Numbered from the stretch's first letter, positions 19,101 through 31,738 are shown. The stretch: 64,000 nt of DNA from an uncultured Mycoplasmatota bacterium (GCA_947643405.1 CANRVY010000002.1:10233-74232); one strand, 5' to 3'. Notes: a model not told the origin generated them from the sequence alone. Numbers and translations: made by a program.

Positions 19101-21265
19101 TATTTCATCATCCTTTCAACGGATGTAATATCACTCATAGCTTCTAATTCATTCACAAATTTCATTAAATTTTCTTTTCCATCAACCAATATAGTAAGTT
19201 CACACATCAAAGCATCAGAGGAATTCATATTGTTGATGCTTTTTATTACAATATCACAACTTGAAGTTTTGGAAATAATCTCTAATAGTAAGTCATTTCC
19301 TTTTGTCGCTCTAATTAATAAACTAGTAGGATATTTTTTAGAAATTGTTTCATTCCATCTAACTGCAATTGTTCTATCTTCTAAATCCGTCATATTTGGG
19401 CATACCATTCTATGAACTGTAATTCCATATCCTTTGGTAATGTATCCTACAATTCTATCACCAGGAACTGGTTTACAACAAGAAGCAACATTCACTTTTA
19501 TCTCGTCAATTCCTTCTACAATAATATCATTTTTTACAGTAGGAGCTTTTACTTCATTGTTTTGGGCATTTTCCAATATGATTTCATGTTTTGACTTGTT
19601 GGTGTTATAAATAATATTTAATACTGCATTTGGAGCTACTTTTCCGTTTCCAACATTCACAAACAATTCTTCTCTACTATTATATTTTAATTCTTTTAAA
19701 ATTTTATTCATATTTTCTTCTGTAAAGAAATCTGTAATAGACAATTTTCTTTTGCGAAGTTCTTTATTGATTGCCTCTTCTCCATCTTTGCTATAAGATT
19801 CTTTTTCTATTTTATTAAAGAAAGATTTGATTTTATTTTTAGCTCCAGTTGTGTGTGCCATATTGACCCATTCACGACTTGGTTTTGAATTATTATTTGT
19901 GTTTATTTTGATGATATCATTGTCTTTTAATTCATAATCTAGTGGAACAATAGCACCATTTACAATAGCGCCTACCATTTTATTTCCTACATTTGTATGA
20001 ACTTTATAAGCAAAATCAATTGGTGTACTTCCGATTGGAAGCTCAATCACATCTCCTTGTGGAGTAAATACATAAACACTATCTTTTAAAACGTCATCTT
20101 GGACACTTTGAACAAATGCTTCAGCATCTTCTTCTTCATTTTTAAGTTCCATAATCGCTTTAAAGAATTGTAGTTTTTGTTCCATTGCATTTTGCATATT
20201 TGCTTTGATGCTACCTTTTTCTTTATAGGACCAGTGGGCAGCAATCCCGTTTTCTGCAACTTGGTCCATTTCGTAAGTTCTGATTTGAATTTCATAGAGC
20301 TGCCCGTCTACACCAAATACAGTTGTGTGCAAAGATTGATACATATTTGTTTTTGGCATGGCTATGTAGTCTTTGAAACGTTTTGGAATCGGACGATATT
20401 TGGAATGAATAATTCCTAGTGCTTGATAACACTCTGCTTCTGTGTTTACAAATACTCTTAATGCTAATAAATCGTATATTTCACTAAATCGTTTTCCTTT
20501 ATCCATTTTTTTATAAATACTATAGATGCTTTTGCTTCTTCCTTTGATTTCATGAGGAACCTGTTGTTCATCTAATAGGCCAGAAACTTTAGAAACCATT
20601 TCTATGACATTTTGGTCACGTTCTTGTTTGGTCTGATTGAGCTGTTCTACGATTGAAAAATAAGCTTCTGATTTGTAATAGCGAAGTGACAAATCCTCTA
20701 ATTCACTTTTGATTTTGTTCATACCAAGTCGCCCAGCAATTGGTGTTAAAATATCTAGTGTTTCTTTGGCTTTTATTTTTTGCTTTTTTTCTGGAATAAT
20801 CCAAAGAGTTCGCATATTGTGTAAGCGGTCTGCTAGTTTAATAATAATTACACGGACATCTTCACAGAGTCCCACCAATATTTTTCTATGATTGGCAATG
20901 GTAGCCTCGTTATCACCAGAAAAACTAAGACGGTTAATTTTTGTAACGCCATCTACAAGGTTAACTATTTCAGCTCCAAATTCTTTTGTTAGTTCTTCTT
21001 TGGTAACATCACAATCTTCTAATACATCATGAAGTAGTCCTCCACATAAAGTAGCTGCATCGGCGTGAATTGATGTTAAAATATGTGCGACGTTTAAAGG
21101 ATGAGTGATATAATCTTCTCCTGTTAAGCGTTTTACTCCAAAATGCATTTCATATGCATATTGATAAGCTTTTTTTATCAAATCTAAATCTGCCTTGTCT
21201 GTAATATAAGTCTGTATTTTTGTTTCCAATTCTTGATAAGTAATATTTGGATTATCTTTTCTCAT
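19100..21265 (-). CDS. relA: Bifunctional (p)ppGpp synthetase/hydrolase Rel
   Basis: HD hydrolase (HPLNVAHIL, LHDVLED), synthetase (YQSLHTTV), TGS and ACT regions; 721 aa. Confidence 0.95.
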   Translation of the reverse strand: MRKDNPNITYQELETKIQTYITDKADLDLIKKAYQYAYEMHFGVKRLTGEDYITHPLNVAHILTSIHADAATLCGGLLHDVLEDCDVTKEELTKEFGAEIVNLVDGVTKINRLSFSGDNEATIANHRKILVGLCEDVRVIIIKLADRLHNMRTLWIIPEKKQKIKAKETLDILTPIAGRLGMNKIKSELEDLSLRYYKSEAYFSIVEQLNQTKQERDQNVIEMVSKVSGLLDEQQVPHEIKGRSKSIYSIYKKMDKGKRFSEIYDLLALRVFVNTEAECYQALGIIHSKYRPIPKRFKDYIAMPKTNMYQSLHTTVFGVDGQLYEIQIRTYEMDQVAENGIAAHWSYKEKGSIKANMQNAMEQKLQFFKAIMELKNEEEDAEAFVQSVQDDVLKDSVYVFTPQGDVIELPIGSTPIDFAYKVHTNVGNKMVGAIVNGAIVPLDYELKDNDIIKINTNNNSKPSREWVNMAHTTGAKNKIKSFFNKIEKESYSKDGEEAINKELRKRKLSITDFFTEENMNKILKELKYNSREELFVNVGNGKVAPNAVLNIIYNTNKSKHEIILENAQNNEVKAPTVKNDIIVEGIDEIKVNVASCCKPVPGDRIVGYITKGYGITVHRMVCPNMTDLEDRTIAVRWNETISKKYPTSLLIRATKGNDLLLEIISKTSSCDIVIKSINNMNSSDALMCELTILVDGKENLMKFVNELEAMSDITSVERMMK

Positions 21266-21309
21266 TTTTACACCTTCTTTTATAGAATGAAAGGAGAAAT
21301 GACTTCTCC

Positions 21310-23547
21310 TTATTCTTCATACCATTTCTTTTTTGCTGGTTTTCCTATTTGTTTCTTTTCAAATTGATACCAGAATCCACTTGCGATAAATACAGAAGAG
21401 AATACTCCATATATTAATCCTATTAATAGTGCAATGTTGAAATTCAAAATTTCATGAGACCCTAATACAATTAAAGATATTACTGGTATTAATGTTGTTA
21501 TTGTTGTAATAATACTACGTGCAAATGTTTGTCTTAAGCTTTTATTAACTAAGGCTTTTAAGTCTTCTTCTTTTTTTATACTCTTTTTTCCTGATTTAGC
21601 AATGTTTTCTTTGATTCTATCAAATGTGACAATCGTATCATTGATAGCATAACCAATAATAGAAAGAATTGCTGCTATAAAAATGCTTGATATTTCTAAT
21701 CGGAAAATGCTAAATAGAGAAATAATTACAAATACATCAATGAAGATTGCTAATAATCCACTGATTGCATATCGGAATGTAAATCTTAAAGACATATAGA
21801 TAATAATTCCAATAGATGCTAGTAAAATTGAAAGAATTGCATTTTTTACTAGTTCCTGTTTTACCACATTTGATACAACACCGATATCAGTTTTTGCTTC
21901 ATATTTTTCTTTAAAATGTTTTTCTGCTTTTGCAACTTCTGCTTTTGATAATGTATCTGTAACACGTATCATAACAGTATCATTATTTACTTTTTCAATT
22001 TGGTCTAGATGAAAACCTAACGTTTTGATATCTTTTTCCAAGTTTGTTTCTTCTAATTTTTTTTCTGATGTCAAAGTAATAGATGACCCACCTTTAAAGT
22101 CTATTCCAAGTTTTAATCCTTGGGTTCCAATAAAGATAACACCAGCTATAATGATAAGGAAGCTTACAATAATATATCCAAATCTGCCTTTCATAAAATC
22201 AATTTTTTCAAAAGGCATTTTCGCAATTCTTCCTTCATTTTTAGTTGGAATATGCTTCTTTTTCACTCCGATAAAAATGTTTGGTTTATCATCAAAATAT
22301 CCTAATTTTACAAACATTTTTAATAATGACCTTGTTAAGAACACCATAATTAGCATAGTGACACAAATACTAATAATTAACATTGTAGCAAATCCTTTGA
22401 TACTACTTTCTCCAAAGATAAATAGAATAATGGCTACTAATAATGTTGTTAAGTTTGAATCAAAAATTGCCCAGAATGAGTTTTTATTTCCTCTAATGAA
22501 TGCATTTTGTAGGTTTACTCCTTCATACATTTCGTCTTTAATTCTTGAAAAGTTAAGTACTGAGGCATCTACGGCCATTCCAATTCCAATTACCAAAGCG
22601 GCTATTCCAGGTAGTGTTAAAACTCCTCCAATTAGCCAGAAAATTAAGAATGTGATAAAGGTATAAATTAATATGCCAATACTAGAAATAAATCCTGCAA
22701 AGCGATAAATCGCTATCATAAATACCATAACCAAAACAATTCCTACAACTCCTGCTAAAAAGGTTTTGTCTAATGATTGTGCTCCAAAAGAGGCTTCTAC
22801 GGTTTTAGAAGATATTTCTTCCAATTTTGTTGGTAAACTTCCTGAATTGATAAGTTCAACTAAAGAGGTTACTTCTTCTAATTTAAAGTTTCCTTGGATG
22901 ATGACATCGCTTGAGAATCCTTGTCCAACGCTTGCAACGGATAAACATCTAGAAGATTTTAAACTTCCACATTTTCCTTGTTCTTTTGAAAAAGAATCTT
23001 TTCCTTCTTCAAAATCTAACCAAATAACAATACGATTGTCTTCCATTTTGCTAACGTTTGTTGTTACTTTTAAAAATTTTTCATTATCTTTGATACTTAA
23101 AGCGACAGCTGGAAAACCATTGTTGTCTTGTCCAACTCTTGCCCCACCACTTTTTAATACATCTGCTGTCATAAGCAAGTTATCTTTTGTATCACGGAAT
23201 GTTAAGTTTGCAGCTTTACTAAGAAGTTCTCTTGCTTCATCTTGATTTGTAATTCCTGCTAACTGAACACGTATTTTATCTTCCCCTTCTACTGTGATAT
23301 TTGGTTCACTTACTCCTAAAACGTCAATTCTTTTTCCTATTGTTTTATAAGTACTTGTAACCATATCTTTGGTTACTTTTCCTCCATCAACTGCTTTTAC
23401 TTGATAAAGAACTTCAAATCCACCTTGTAAATCAAGTCCAAAATTGAGATTTTTTAGTAGTGGCTGAAATCCCAATCCTAATACTGCTGAAACCATTAAT
23501 AGCATTACTAAGTTTCCAATTACTGCTCCTAATCCTTTTTTCTTCAT
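21310..23547 (-). CDS. secDF: Fused protein-export membrane protein SecDF
   Basis: 745 aa with two 6-TM bundles; motifs LGLDLQGG and GIDFKGG. Confidence 0.9.
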   Translation of the reverse strand: MKKKGLGAVIGNLVMLLMVSAVLGLGFQPLLKNLNFGLDLQGGFEVLYQVKAVDGGKVTKDMVTSTYKTIGKRIDVLGVSEPNITVEGEDKIRVQLAGITNQDEARELLSKAANLTFRDTKDNLLMTADVLKSGGARVGQDNNGFPAVALSIKDNEKFLKVTTNVSKMEDNRIVIWLDFEEGKDSFSKEQGKCGSLKSSRCLSVASVGQGFSSDVIIQGNFKLEEVTSLVELINSGSLPTKLEEISSKTVEASFGAQSLDKTFLAGVVGIVLVMVFMIAIYRFAGFISSIGILIYTFITFLIFWLIGGVLTLPGIAALVIGIGMAVDASVLNFSRIKDEMYEGVNLQNAFIRGNKNSFWAIFDSNLTTLLVAIILFIFGESSIKGFATMLIISICVTMLIMVFLTRSLLKMFVKLGYFDDKPNIFIGVKKKHIPTKNEGRIAKMPFEKIDFMKGRFGYIIVSFLIIIAGVIFIGTQGLKLGIDFKGGSSITLTSEKKLEETNLEKDIKTLGFHLDQIEKVNNDTVMIRVTDTLSKAEVAKAEKHFKEKYEAKTDIGVVSNVVKQELVKNAILSILLASIGIIIYMSLRFTFRYAISGLLAIFIDVFVIISLFSIFRLEISSIFIAAILSIIGYAINDTIVTFDRIKENIAKSGKKSIKKEEDLKALVNKSLRQTFARSIITTITTLIPVISLIVLGSHEILNFNIALLIGLIYGVFSSVFIASGFWYQFEKKQIGKPAKKKWYEE

Positions 23548-23549
23548 GT

Positions 23550-23858
23550 TTACTCCCTCTCCTCAAAATATCGTTTTCTTTCTCTTAAATTTAATTTTGT
23601 TTTTAAATAGTCATCAATGAGTATAGAATCACTATTTAAAATATCATCTACCATTTGATAAAGTGATAAGCCTTGTGCATGCTTCCATTTTATTTCTTTT
23701 AGATAATTCCATACATCTTCTTCTTTTACATAAGGATACCCGTTTCTTCTCATTTCCTCTCTTTTGGTCATAAGTGCGGGCTTTACTCTGTCATATAATT
23801 CCTCTTCCGTTTTAAATTCTTCTGTCATAGCCCCTCCTACAAAATCACATACTTTCAT
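23550..23858 (-). CDS. Post-transcriptional regulator ComN/YrzD-like
   Basis: Small acidic protein immediately upstream of secDF, the position of comN (yrzD) in B. subtilis. WKH..GLSLYQMVDDI pattern. Real start may be MTEEFK. Confidence 0.55.
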   Translation of the reverse strand: MKVCDFVGGAMTEEFKTEEELYDRVKPALMTKREEMRRNGYPYVKEEDVWNYLKEIKWKHAQGLSLYQMVDDILNSDSILIDDYLKTKLNLRERKRYFEERE

Positions 23859-23912
23859 TATATATCAAAACCTTGTTTTTGAAAAGAAAAAAGCAAGAAT
23901 TTTTGTTTTTTC

Positions 23913-24275
23913 TTACTCGACTACTTTATAACTATAATAAGTTCCATGGTTTGTAATTTTAATTTCTAAACTCCCACTAAATGGCTCATCTGTTTTTGGA
24001 TTTATGGTATCTTCCTCTACATATCCATCTTGCCATAATCTGGATAATGTTATCGATTTTGTTTCATTTATATCTGGCAACTCCCCAATATGGTCTGTTC
24101 CCCACATTTTTGCGGATGCTTCTATGGATTTTATTTGAGAAGTATATAAATCAGTCTTTCCTTCTTTTAACATTCTATCAACAGTTGGGATTGCAATTAG
24201 TAAAATTATACTCAAAATCGTAATAACTCCCAAAAGCTCTGCTAATGTAAATCCATTTTTTTTCATATCAATCAC
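23913..24275 (-). CDS. Prepilin-type (pseudopilin) protein, paralogue of 17134..17487
   Basis: MKKNGFTLAELLGVITILSIILLIAIP class III signal (likely start 24266). Alignable end to end with the other pilin, including the C-terminal NPKT...KIT.H...Y.YKV.E. Confidence 0.8.
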   Translation of the reverse strand: MIDMKKNGFTLAELLGVITILSIILLIAIPTVDRMLKEGKTDLYTSQIKSIEASAKMWGTDHIGELPDINETKSITLSRLWQDGYVEEDTINPKTDEPFSGSLEIKITNHGTYYSYKVVE

Positions 24276-24374
24276 CTATTCTATTTACTATTTTATAACG
24301 ATTATAAAAATTAGTCAAGAATAGGACTTAAAAAGTATTTTGTTGCATAAATTTTATTAGGACAAGGTGATGGA

Positions 24375-25664
24375 ATGAAGAACAAACTTGTAAAGTCTAC
24401 TTTGATTTTGTTAATTGGAGGTTTTTTTACAAAAATTCTGGGAATGATTATTAGAATTGTGATGACAAGAGCTATGGGAACGGAAGGAATCGGAATTTAC
24501 ATGCTCATATTACCGACATTTACACTTTTTATTGCGCTTGCGCAATTAGGGTTTCCTGTCGCTATTAGTAAATTGGTAGCGGAGGATAATCATAACAATA
24601 AGAATTTGGTCTTTTCTCTCATTCCTATTTCCATGGTCATTAATGCTTTTATTTTGATTTTTCTTTTTATGACCTCGCCTTTTATCGCGAATAACTTATT
24701 GCATGAAGAAAGAAGCTATTATGGGTTATTATGTATGGGATTTGTGCTTCCATTTATTAGCATTTCTAGTATTTTAAGGGGGTATTTTTTTGGCAAGGAA
24801 CGGATGGTACCTCATGTTATATCTAATGTTTTGGAAGATATTATAAGACTGGTTACTTTATTCTTAGGAATCCCCATTTTTCTCAAATCGGGAATTGAAT
24901 ATGCGGTTGCGTTTGTAGTTCTTTCTAATATTGTTAGTGAAACTACTTCTATTTTAGTTCTATTTTTCTTTTTGCCAAAACATTTTAAATTATCAAAAAA
25001 AGATTTCGTTCCACATGTTTCTTCTATGAAAGAAATCTTTTCTATTAGCATTCCTAGTACTGGCAGTAGACTAATTGGAAGTGTTGGCTATTTTTTAGAA
25101 CCAATTATTTTAACTACTACTCTTTTGCATGTTGGCTATTCTAATCAGTTTATTGTAACAGAATATGGGATTATCAGCGGATATGTGATGCCTTTATTAT
25201 TACTTCCCTCTTTTTTTACAGGAGCAATTTCACAAGCACTTCTTCCGATTGTTAGCAAAAGTTATAGCAGAGGGAAAAAGGTATACACGAAATCAAAAAT
25301 TAAGCAAGCTATCTTTTTTTCATTACTGGTAGGAATCCCTGCGACTGTTATTTTTTTATGGATTCCAGAAATTCCACTTCGCTTTATTTACAATACAGAA
25401 GAAGGATTATCTTATATTAAAGTTCTTGCACCGATTTGTTTGCTTCATTATATTCAAGCACCACTTACTAGTTCTTTACAAGCTATGGGAAAAGCCAAAG
25501 AGGCTATGCTTGGTACTTTAGGTGGGATGATTTTAAGGACATTATTTCTTTATTTTGGATGTCTTTTAAAAATTGGAATGTGGGGGTTAGTTCTTGCAAC
25601 TGCAAGCAATATTATTTATGTTACCATTCATCAATATCGGCATGTGAAAAAGGTTTTACAATAG
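24375..25664 (+). CDS. spoVB: MOP-superfamily flippase, SpoVB/MurJ-like
   Basis: Polytopic protein (about 12 TM) with the SpoVB-like N-terminus LLIGGFFTKILGMIIRIV..R..G.EGIG. Synteny with yrzE/comN/secDF. Confidence 0.7.
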   Translation: MKNKLVKSTLILLIGGFFTKILGMIIRIVMTRAMGTEGIGIYMLILPTFTLFIALAQLGFPVAISKLVAEDNHNNKNLVFSLIPISMVINAFILIFLFMTSPFIANNLLHEERSYYGLLCMGFVLPFISISSILRGYFFGKERMVPHVISNVLEDIIRLVTLFLGIPIFLKSGIEYAVAFVVLSNIVSETTSILVLFFFLPKHFKLSKKDFVPHVSSMKEIFSISIPSTGSRLIGSVGYFLEPIILTTTLLHVGYSNQFIVTEYGIISGYVMPLLLLPSFFTGAISQALLPIVSKSYSRGKKVYTKSKIKQAIFFSLLVGIPATVIFLWIPEIPLRFIYNTEEGLSYIKVLAPICLLHYIQAPLTSSLQAMGKAKEAMLGTLGGMILRTLFLYFGCLLKIGMWGLVLATASNIIYVTIHQYRHVKKVLQ

Positions 25665-26294
25665 TTCTTTTCTTGTGATGATAAAGGTTTTGGTAGATGT
25701 ATAAAAAGCATAAAATACTTCATTTAATTCTACTTGTTTTTGTTTTAAGATTTTGTTAACCCATAGTTCATCTTTGCCGATTTCTTCTAATGTTTGTCTT
25801 TGAATCACGCCATCTAAAATAATCGGAAGTGGATATTCTATTTCTTTTGGAAAGATAGATAATTTTCCGTTGTTTTCTAATACAGCATAGTTTACTTCTT
25901 CTACACTTTTTACTCCGTGTTCTCTTAAACTGGTTAATAAGTCATCTAATGTATAACGCAATTTTGACATGGTGCTGAATATCAATTTTCCATTTTTTAT
26001 GATAATAGAAGGTGCTCCATCAACCATTTTTCGAAATTTATCATTTTTCATAGAAAGAAAACTAATGAACATTTGTAAAAGGGCTAGAACGGTAATGGGT
26101 ATGATGGAAGAAAAAATAGAAACAGTTTCTTCTGAAATGGAGAAAACTGCACATTCTGCCATTAAAATGGTAACTAGAAAATCATAGGTTGTTATTTTGC
26201 TGATTTCTTTTTTTCCCATCAAACGATGAATGAATAAAATGTAAAGATATAAGACAATACTTTTCCAAATTAAACCAATATACATAATTATCAC
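25656..26294 (-). CDS. DUF421 (YetF/YrbG-like) membrane protein
   Basis: N-terminal 3 TM with RLMGKKEISKITTYDFLVTI, then a soluble C-terminal domain; characteristic of DUF421. Confidence 0.75.
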   Translation of the reverse strand: MIIMYIGLIWKSIVLYLYILFIHRLMGKKEISKITTYDFLVTILMAECAVFSISEETVSIFSSIIPITVLALLQMFISFLSMKNDKFRKMVDGAPSIIIKNGKLIFSTMSKLRYTLDDLLTSLREHGVKSVEEVNYAVLENNGKLSIFPKEIEYPLPIILDGVIQRQTLEEIGKDELWVNKILKQKQVELNEVFYAFYTSTKTFIITRKELL

Positions 26295-26359
26295 CTATTC
26301 TATTATGAATGGTTGTCTATTTTTTATACAAATGAATACAATTTAGTAAGGAGGCTTTT

Positions 26360-26731
26360 ATGACTTATATTAAAAATTTAGGAATTGCTTTTGGTGTTAT
26401 CATAGGAAGTTTGTTGGGTGTTACTCTTATTGTCACTTTGCTTCATTATATCAATTGGATAGGTTCTAAAACGCTTTCTGTTTTAGAAATTATCACTCCA
26501 CTTTTATCTTTATTTATTGGGGGCTTTATCATTGGAAAAAATAGCAAGCAAAAGGGTTGGTTAGAAGGATTAAAATTAGGTGGCTTATTTTTAACCGTTT
26601 TAATTCTATTTCAGTATTTAGGTCTTCGTATTCATTTTTCTGTTAAAACCATTTTGTTTTATGCTTTGTTATTAGTGTCTTGTGTTTTTGGAAGTATGCT
26701 TGGAATTAATAAAAGAGCAAAAGAAAAATAA
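26360..26731 (+). CDS. Small 4-TM membrane protein (YrzE/TIGR04086-like)
   Basis: 123 aa with four hydrophobic helices; neighbourhood matches B. subtilis yrzE. Confidence 0.55.
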   Translation: MTYIKNLGIAFGVIIGSLLGVTLIVTLLHYINWIGSKTLSVLEIITPLLSLFIGGFIIGKNSKQKGWLEGLKLGGLFLTVLILFQYLGLRIHFSVKTILFYALLLVSCVFGSMLGINKRAKEK

Positions 26732-26743
26732 GCATTTTTGAGC

Positions 26744-27610
26744 TTATTTTTTTGTTAAAATTTTAGGTTTATCAATTATAATTTCAGTAACGCTTGGTGG
26801 CAAAATTATATCAGCGACTGGCATGTTCAATTTTGAAATTCCTGTACTAATAACTGCATCTATATCTTCGAATTGTACATGTCCTCTAACGTGGTTTGGA
26901 AAGATCATTCGATTAGCTAAATTTGGAGGCCCTACAATTCCTCTACGACGTAGAAAAAACTCGAATAATGGTGGTGTAAGGCCACCATGTAAATGGCCAG
27001 ATAGAATTAAGTCAGTTCCTTTTAAACTTTCCAATTTATTTTCGCTCGCCAATTCTAAAATGCTAATTGGAGAATGAAAAAATAAAACTTGGTATAACTC
27101 TTTTTGTTGTTTATTTAATAATGAGCTAGCAATTGTATCTATGTATGTTTTGGTATAATCTATAGATTCATGACATCGTTCATAATAATCATAAGGCATT
27201 GTAACTCCTGTGAATTCAATATCCCTATCTTTCCAACCTCTATTGTCAACCAAATGAAGCTTTGGAGTGTTTAATAGAAGTCCAAGATAGTCTTCATTAA
27301 GATAATAAATCCATTTGTTATCTTCTCTGCCTAATAAATCGTGATTCCCCAATCCCATAACAATAGGCGCAATTTTTGATAAGCTATCCAAAAAGGGAGA
27401 TAACAAATTTAAATCACCAGGATTTTTAGCATCGTTAATTAAGTCTCCTGCAATGCAAATATAATCTGGCTCTGCTAGTTCTGCTTGCATTAGAATTTGT
27501 GCTAATTTTTTTATTGGGAATCCTTCTCTAAAATGAACATCTGAAAATAAAAATAATTTCTTTTTTTCAACAACCTTACTTGATTTAATATAATAAGTTT
27601 TCTTTTGCAT
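26744..27610 (-). CDS. Calcineurin-like metallophosphoesterase
   Basis: Motifs SDVHF, AGDLIND, GNHD, FHSP, SGHLHGG. Confidence 0.8.
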   Translation of the reverse strand: MQKKTYYIKSSKVVEKKKLFLFSDVHFREGFPIKKLAQILMQAELAEPDYICIAGDLINDAKNPGDLNLLSPFLDSLSKIAPIVMGLGNHDLLGREDNKWIYYLNEDYLGLLLNTPKLHLVDNRGWKDRDIEFTGVTMPYDYYERCHESIDYTKTYIDTIASSLLNKQQKELYQVLFFHSPISILELASENKLESLKGTDLILSGHLHGGLTPPLFEFFLRRRGIVGPPNLANRMIFPNHVRGHVQFEDIDAVISTGISKLNMPVADIILPPSVTEIIIDKPKILTKK

Positions 27611-27670
27611 ACAAATCTTCCCCCTTTTAAAGTTTTTTTATTGTAACATAAAAAATTAAAAAAGCCAACT

Positions 27671-29591
<1,921 letters not shown>

Positions 29592-29608
29592 TCACATCCT
29601 TGTTTGCA

Positions 29609-29637
29609 ATTATATCTAAAAAATATATATTTGTCAA
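29609..29637 (-). promoter_or_regulatory. Consensus sigma-A promoter upstream of tgt
   Basis: Minus strand reads TTGACA-17 nt-TATAAT exactly, about 20 nt upstream of the RBS and ATG of tgt. Confidence 0.7.
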
Positions 29638-29736
29638 AAGTTATAAAAAATAATTTTTAATGACATTATTTTTTTATTAACAATCTTCAATATGCTTTTA
29701 ATATAGTTACACATAAAAAGAATGATACATAATCAT

Positions 29737-31059
29737 TCATTCTATGTATGGAATCAATTCCTCTAATTTCATTTTTCTTGATCCCTTCAGTAATATAATA
29801 CTCTTCTGTTCTCCTTGCTTCCATTCTTTTAAAAATTCTTGATTGTCAAAATAATGTTTTCCTCCTTTATATTTTTTCCAAGCATATTTCATTTCTGAAC
29901 CAATAAAATAAATTTCTGTATCAGAAAAACACTTTAATTCTTTTCCTATTTTTTGATGTATTTTTTTACTATTCTTGCCAAGTTCTAATATGTCTCCTAA
30001 TATTAATATTTTATGCTTTTTTTCGGTTTTTAATAGGTTGAGAGCTAGCATAAGCGCTTCATAACTAGAATTATAACTATCATTAATTAAAATGTTGCCG
30101 CTTTCTAGTGTTGATAATAAAAATCGTTTAGGTTTGAAATTTTCTAGGGCTTTTACCATATCAGAAAATGGAACTTCTAAAATTTCTCCTACGCGAAGAG
30201 CTAATGCAACATCTTCTAAAATTCCATCTCCAGGGCTTTCAAAAAACAAAGAATACGTTTCTATTCCATTATCTATTGTTATATAAGAGCCATAAATTGT
30301 TTGTTCTAAGAGTTCAATTCTAATTGTTTCGTTGTCTTTGTATATGTGTTCAATTTTTCCTTTTTTTATTTTCTTTTTTTTACTTAATAATAAATCATGT
30401 CCATTTAAAATAAGGATTCCGCCATCCATTCCTGAAATAATTTCCATCTTTGCTTTCAAAATATTTTTTTGCGAGCCTAAATTGCCTATATGGGCACTTC
30501 CGATGTTCGTAATAACCGCGATATTTGGTTTTACTAAATTAGATAATTTGTCAATTTCATGCAAATGATTCATTCCTAACTCAACAACCATACAGTCTAT
30601 ATTTTCATCTAATTCAAAAATGGTCTGTGGAATTCCAATTCTGTTATTTTTATTTCCTTTGCTTTTTAAAACATGATATTTTTTTTCTAAAATTGATGCA
30701 ATGAGTTCTTTGGTTGTTGTTTTTCCTACACTTCCTGTAACAGCAATCACAAATACTGGATAAGTTTCTAAGTAAAGACGCGCTAAATCAAATAAGGCAT
30801 CGTAGGTACTTACAACTTTTATAATGGGAATAGAAGCACTTTCTATATTTTCTTCTACAATAGCAGCAATGGCCCCTTTTTTGATTGCCTCATTTATATA
30901 TTGATGCCCATTATATTGCTTTCCTTTTAATGCAATAAAAATATCTCCAACTTCTAATTCTCTTGTATCTGTTTTAATGTGACAAAAAGATTCTGGAATT
31001 CGCACTTCGGGATTTATAATCTCCCCTTTACATTTTATAATCGCTTCCTTTAGATTCAT
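29737..31059 (-). CDS. murF: UDP-N-acetylmuramoyl-tripeptide--D-alanyl-D-alanine ligase
   Basis: Mur ligase P-loop GSVGKTTTKE, NHLHEI, and typical C-terminal domain. Confidence 0.88.
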   Translation of the reverse strand: MNLKEAIIKCKGEIINPEVRIPESFCHIKTDTRELEVGDIFIALKGKQYNGHQYINEAIKKGAIAAIVEENIESASIPIIKVVSTYDALFDLARLYLETYPVFVIAVTGSVGKTTTKELIASILEKKYHVLKSKGNKNNRIGIPQTIFELDENIDCMVVELGMNHLHEIDKLSNLVKPNIAVITNIGSAHIGNLGSQKNILKAKMEIISGMDGGILILNGHDLLLSKKKKIKKGKIEHIYKDNETIRIELLEQTIYGSYITIDNGIETYSLFFESPGDGILEDVALALRVGEILEVPFSDMVKALENFKPKRFLLSTLESGNILINDSYNSSYEALMLALNLLKTEKKHKILILGDILELGKNSKKIHQKIGKELKCFSDTEIYFIGSEMKYAWKKYKGGKHYFDNQEFLKEWKQGEQKSIILLKGSRKMKLEELIPYIE

Positions 31060-31735
31060 ATGAACACTCCCTACAAGCAGCTATGAAAGCACTCCATAGT
31101 TGCTTCATTACTTCATCATATGCAATCATATCTTCTGGGTGCCATTGTACTCCTATAAAAAAGGCTTTTTTGTTATCTTCTACTGCTTCTATAACATCAG
31201 TCGAGGTTGCTACTATGTCTAAATCTGTTTGTATGACATAATCATGATGTCTGCTGTTTACTTCCAATTCTTCTTTTTTTAAAATTGAAGCGAGCATGGA
31301 ATTTTCTTTTATTTTGATAGAATGAACATAATTTTTTAATTGATAATGCATATTGGTATTTAGTTTTCCTAAAACTCCATTTTTATAGACACTCATTAGT
31401 TGCATACCCAAACAGATTCCAAGACTTGGAATATTGTTTTGATAAGCATAATCTACAACATATAAATCATAATCGTAAAAGTTATCTCCTCCTTGAAAAA
31501 CAAATCCATCGCATAGACTCAATAGCCTATTCAAATCTTGTTTTTCTTCTAAAGTGAGTTTTTTTGATTCTTTTATGATTGGTGGAATAATTACGAATGG
31601 AATCCCACCTAGTTCTGTAATTATTTTTCGGATACTTTGATAAACAATATCTACTCGTCGCTCACTTTTTAAAATATCTGGTCTACTTACAACGCCGATG
31701 ATCGGCTTCATATCAATCACTCCTAAAAAAAACAA
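31028..31735 (-). CDS. Class I glutamine amidotransferase-like gamma-glutamyl hydrolase (peptidase C26)
   Basis: GICLGMQ nucleophile elbow, SRHHD, VQWHPE. Probable start MKPIIGVV at 31711. Confidence 0.8.
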   Translation of the reverse strand: MFFLGVIDMKPIIGVVSRPDILKSERRVDIVYQSIRKIITELGGIPFVIIPPIIKESKKLTLEEKQDLNRLLSLCDGFVFQGGDNFYDYDLYVVDYAYQNNIPSLGICLGMQLMSVYKNGVLGKLNTNMHYQLKNYVHSIKIKENSMLASILKKEELEVNSRHHDYVIQTDLDIVATSTDVIEAVEDNKKAFFIGVQWHPEDMIAYDEVMKQLWSAFIAACRECSYESKGSDYKM

Positions 31736-31738
31736 TGG

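Noticed and set aside
19071-19415. 114-aa plus-strand ORF and other short ORFs antisense to relA/dtd (19412..19594, 20177..20419, 20709..20891, 20086..20295)
   Set aside because: Overlap the conserved relA coding frame, and the translations are low complexity. Treated as spurious.
22025-22666. 213-aa plus-strand ORF (also 22120..22305 and 22766..23245) antisense to secDF
   Set aside because: Lies entirely inside a well-supported 745-aa secDF gene. Its low-complexity, Ile/Phe/Lys/Ser-rich translation is typical of antisense frames in AT-rich DNA. No RBS.
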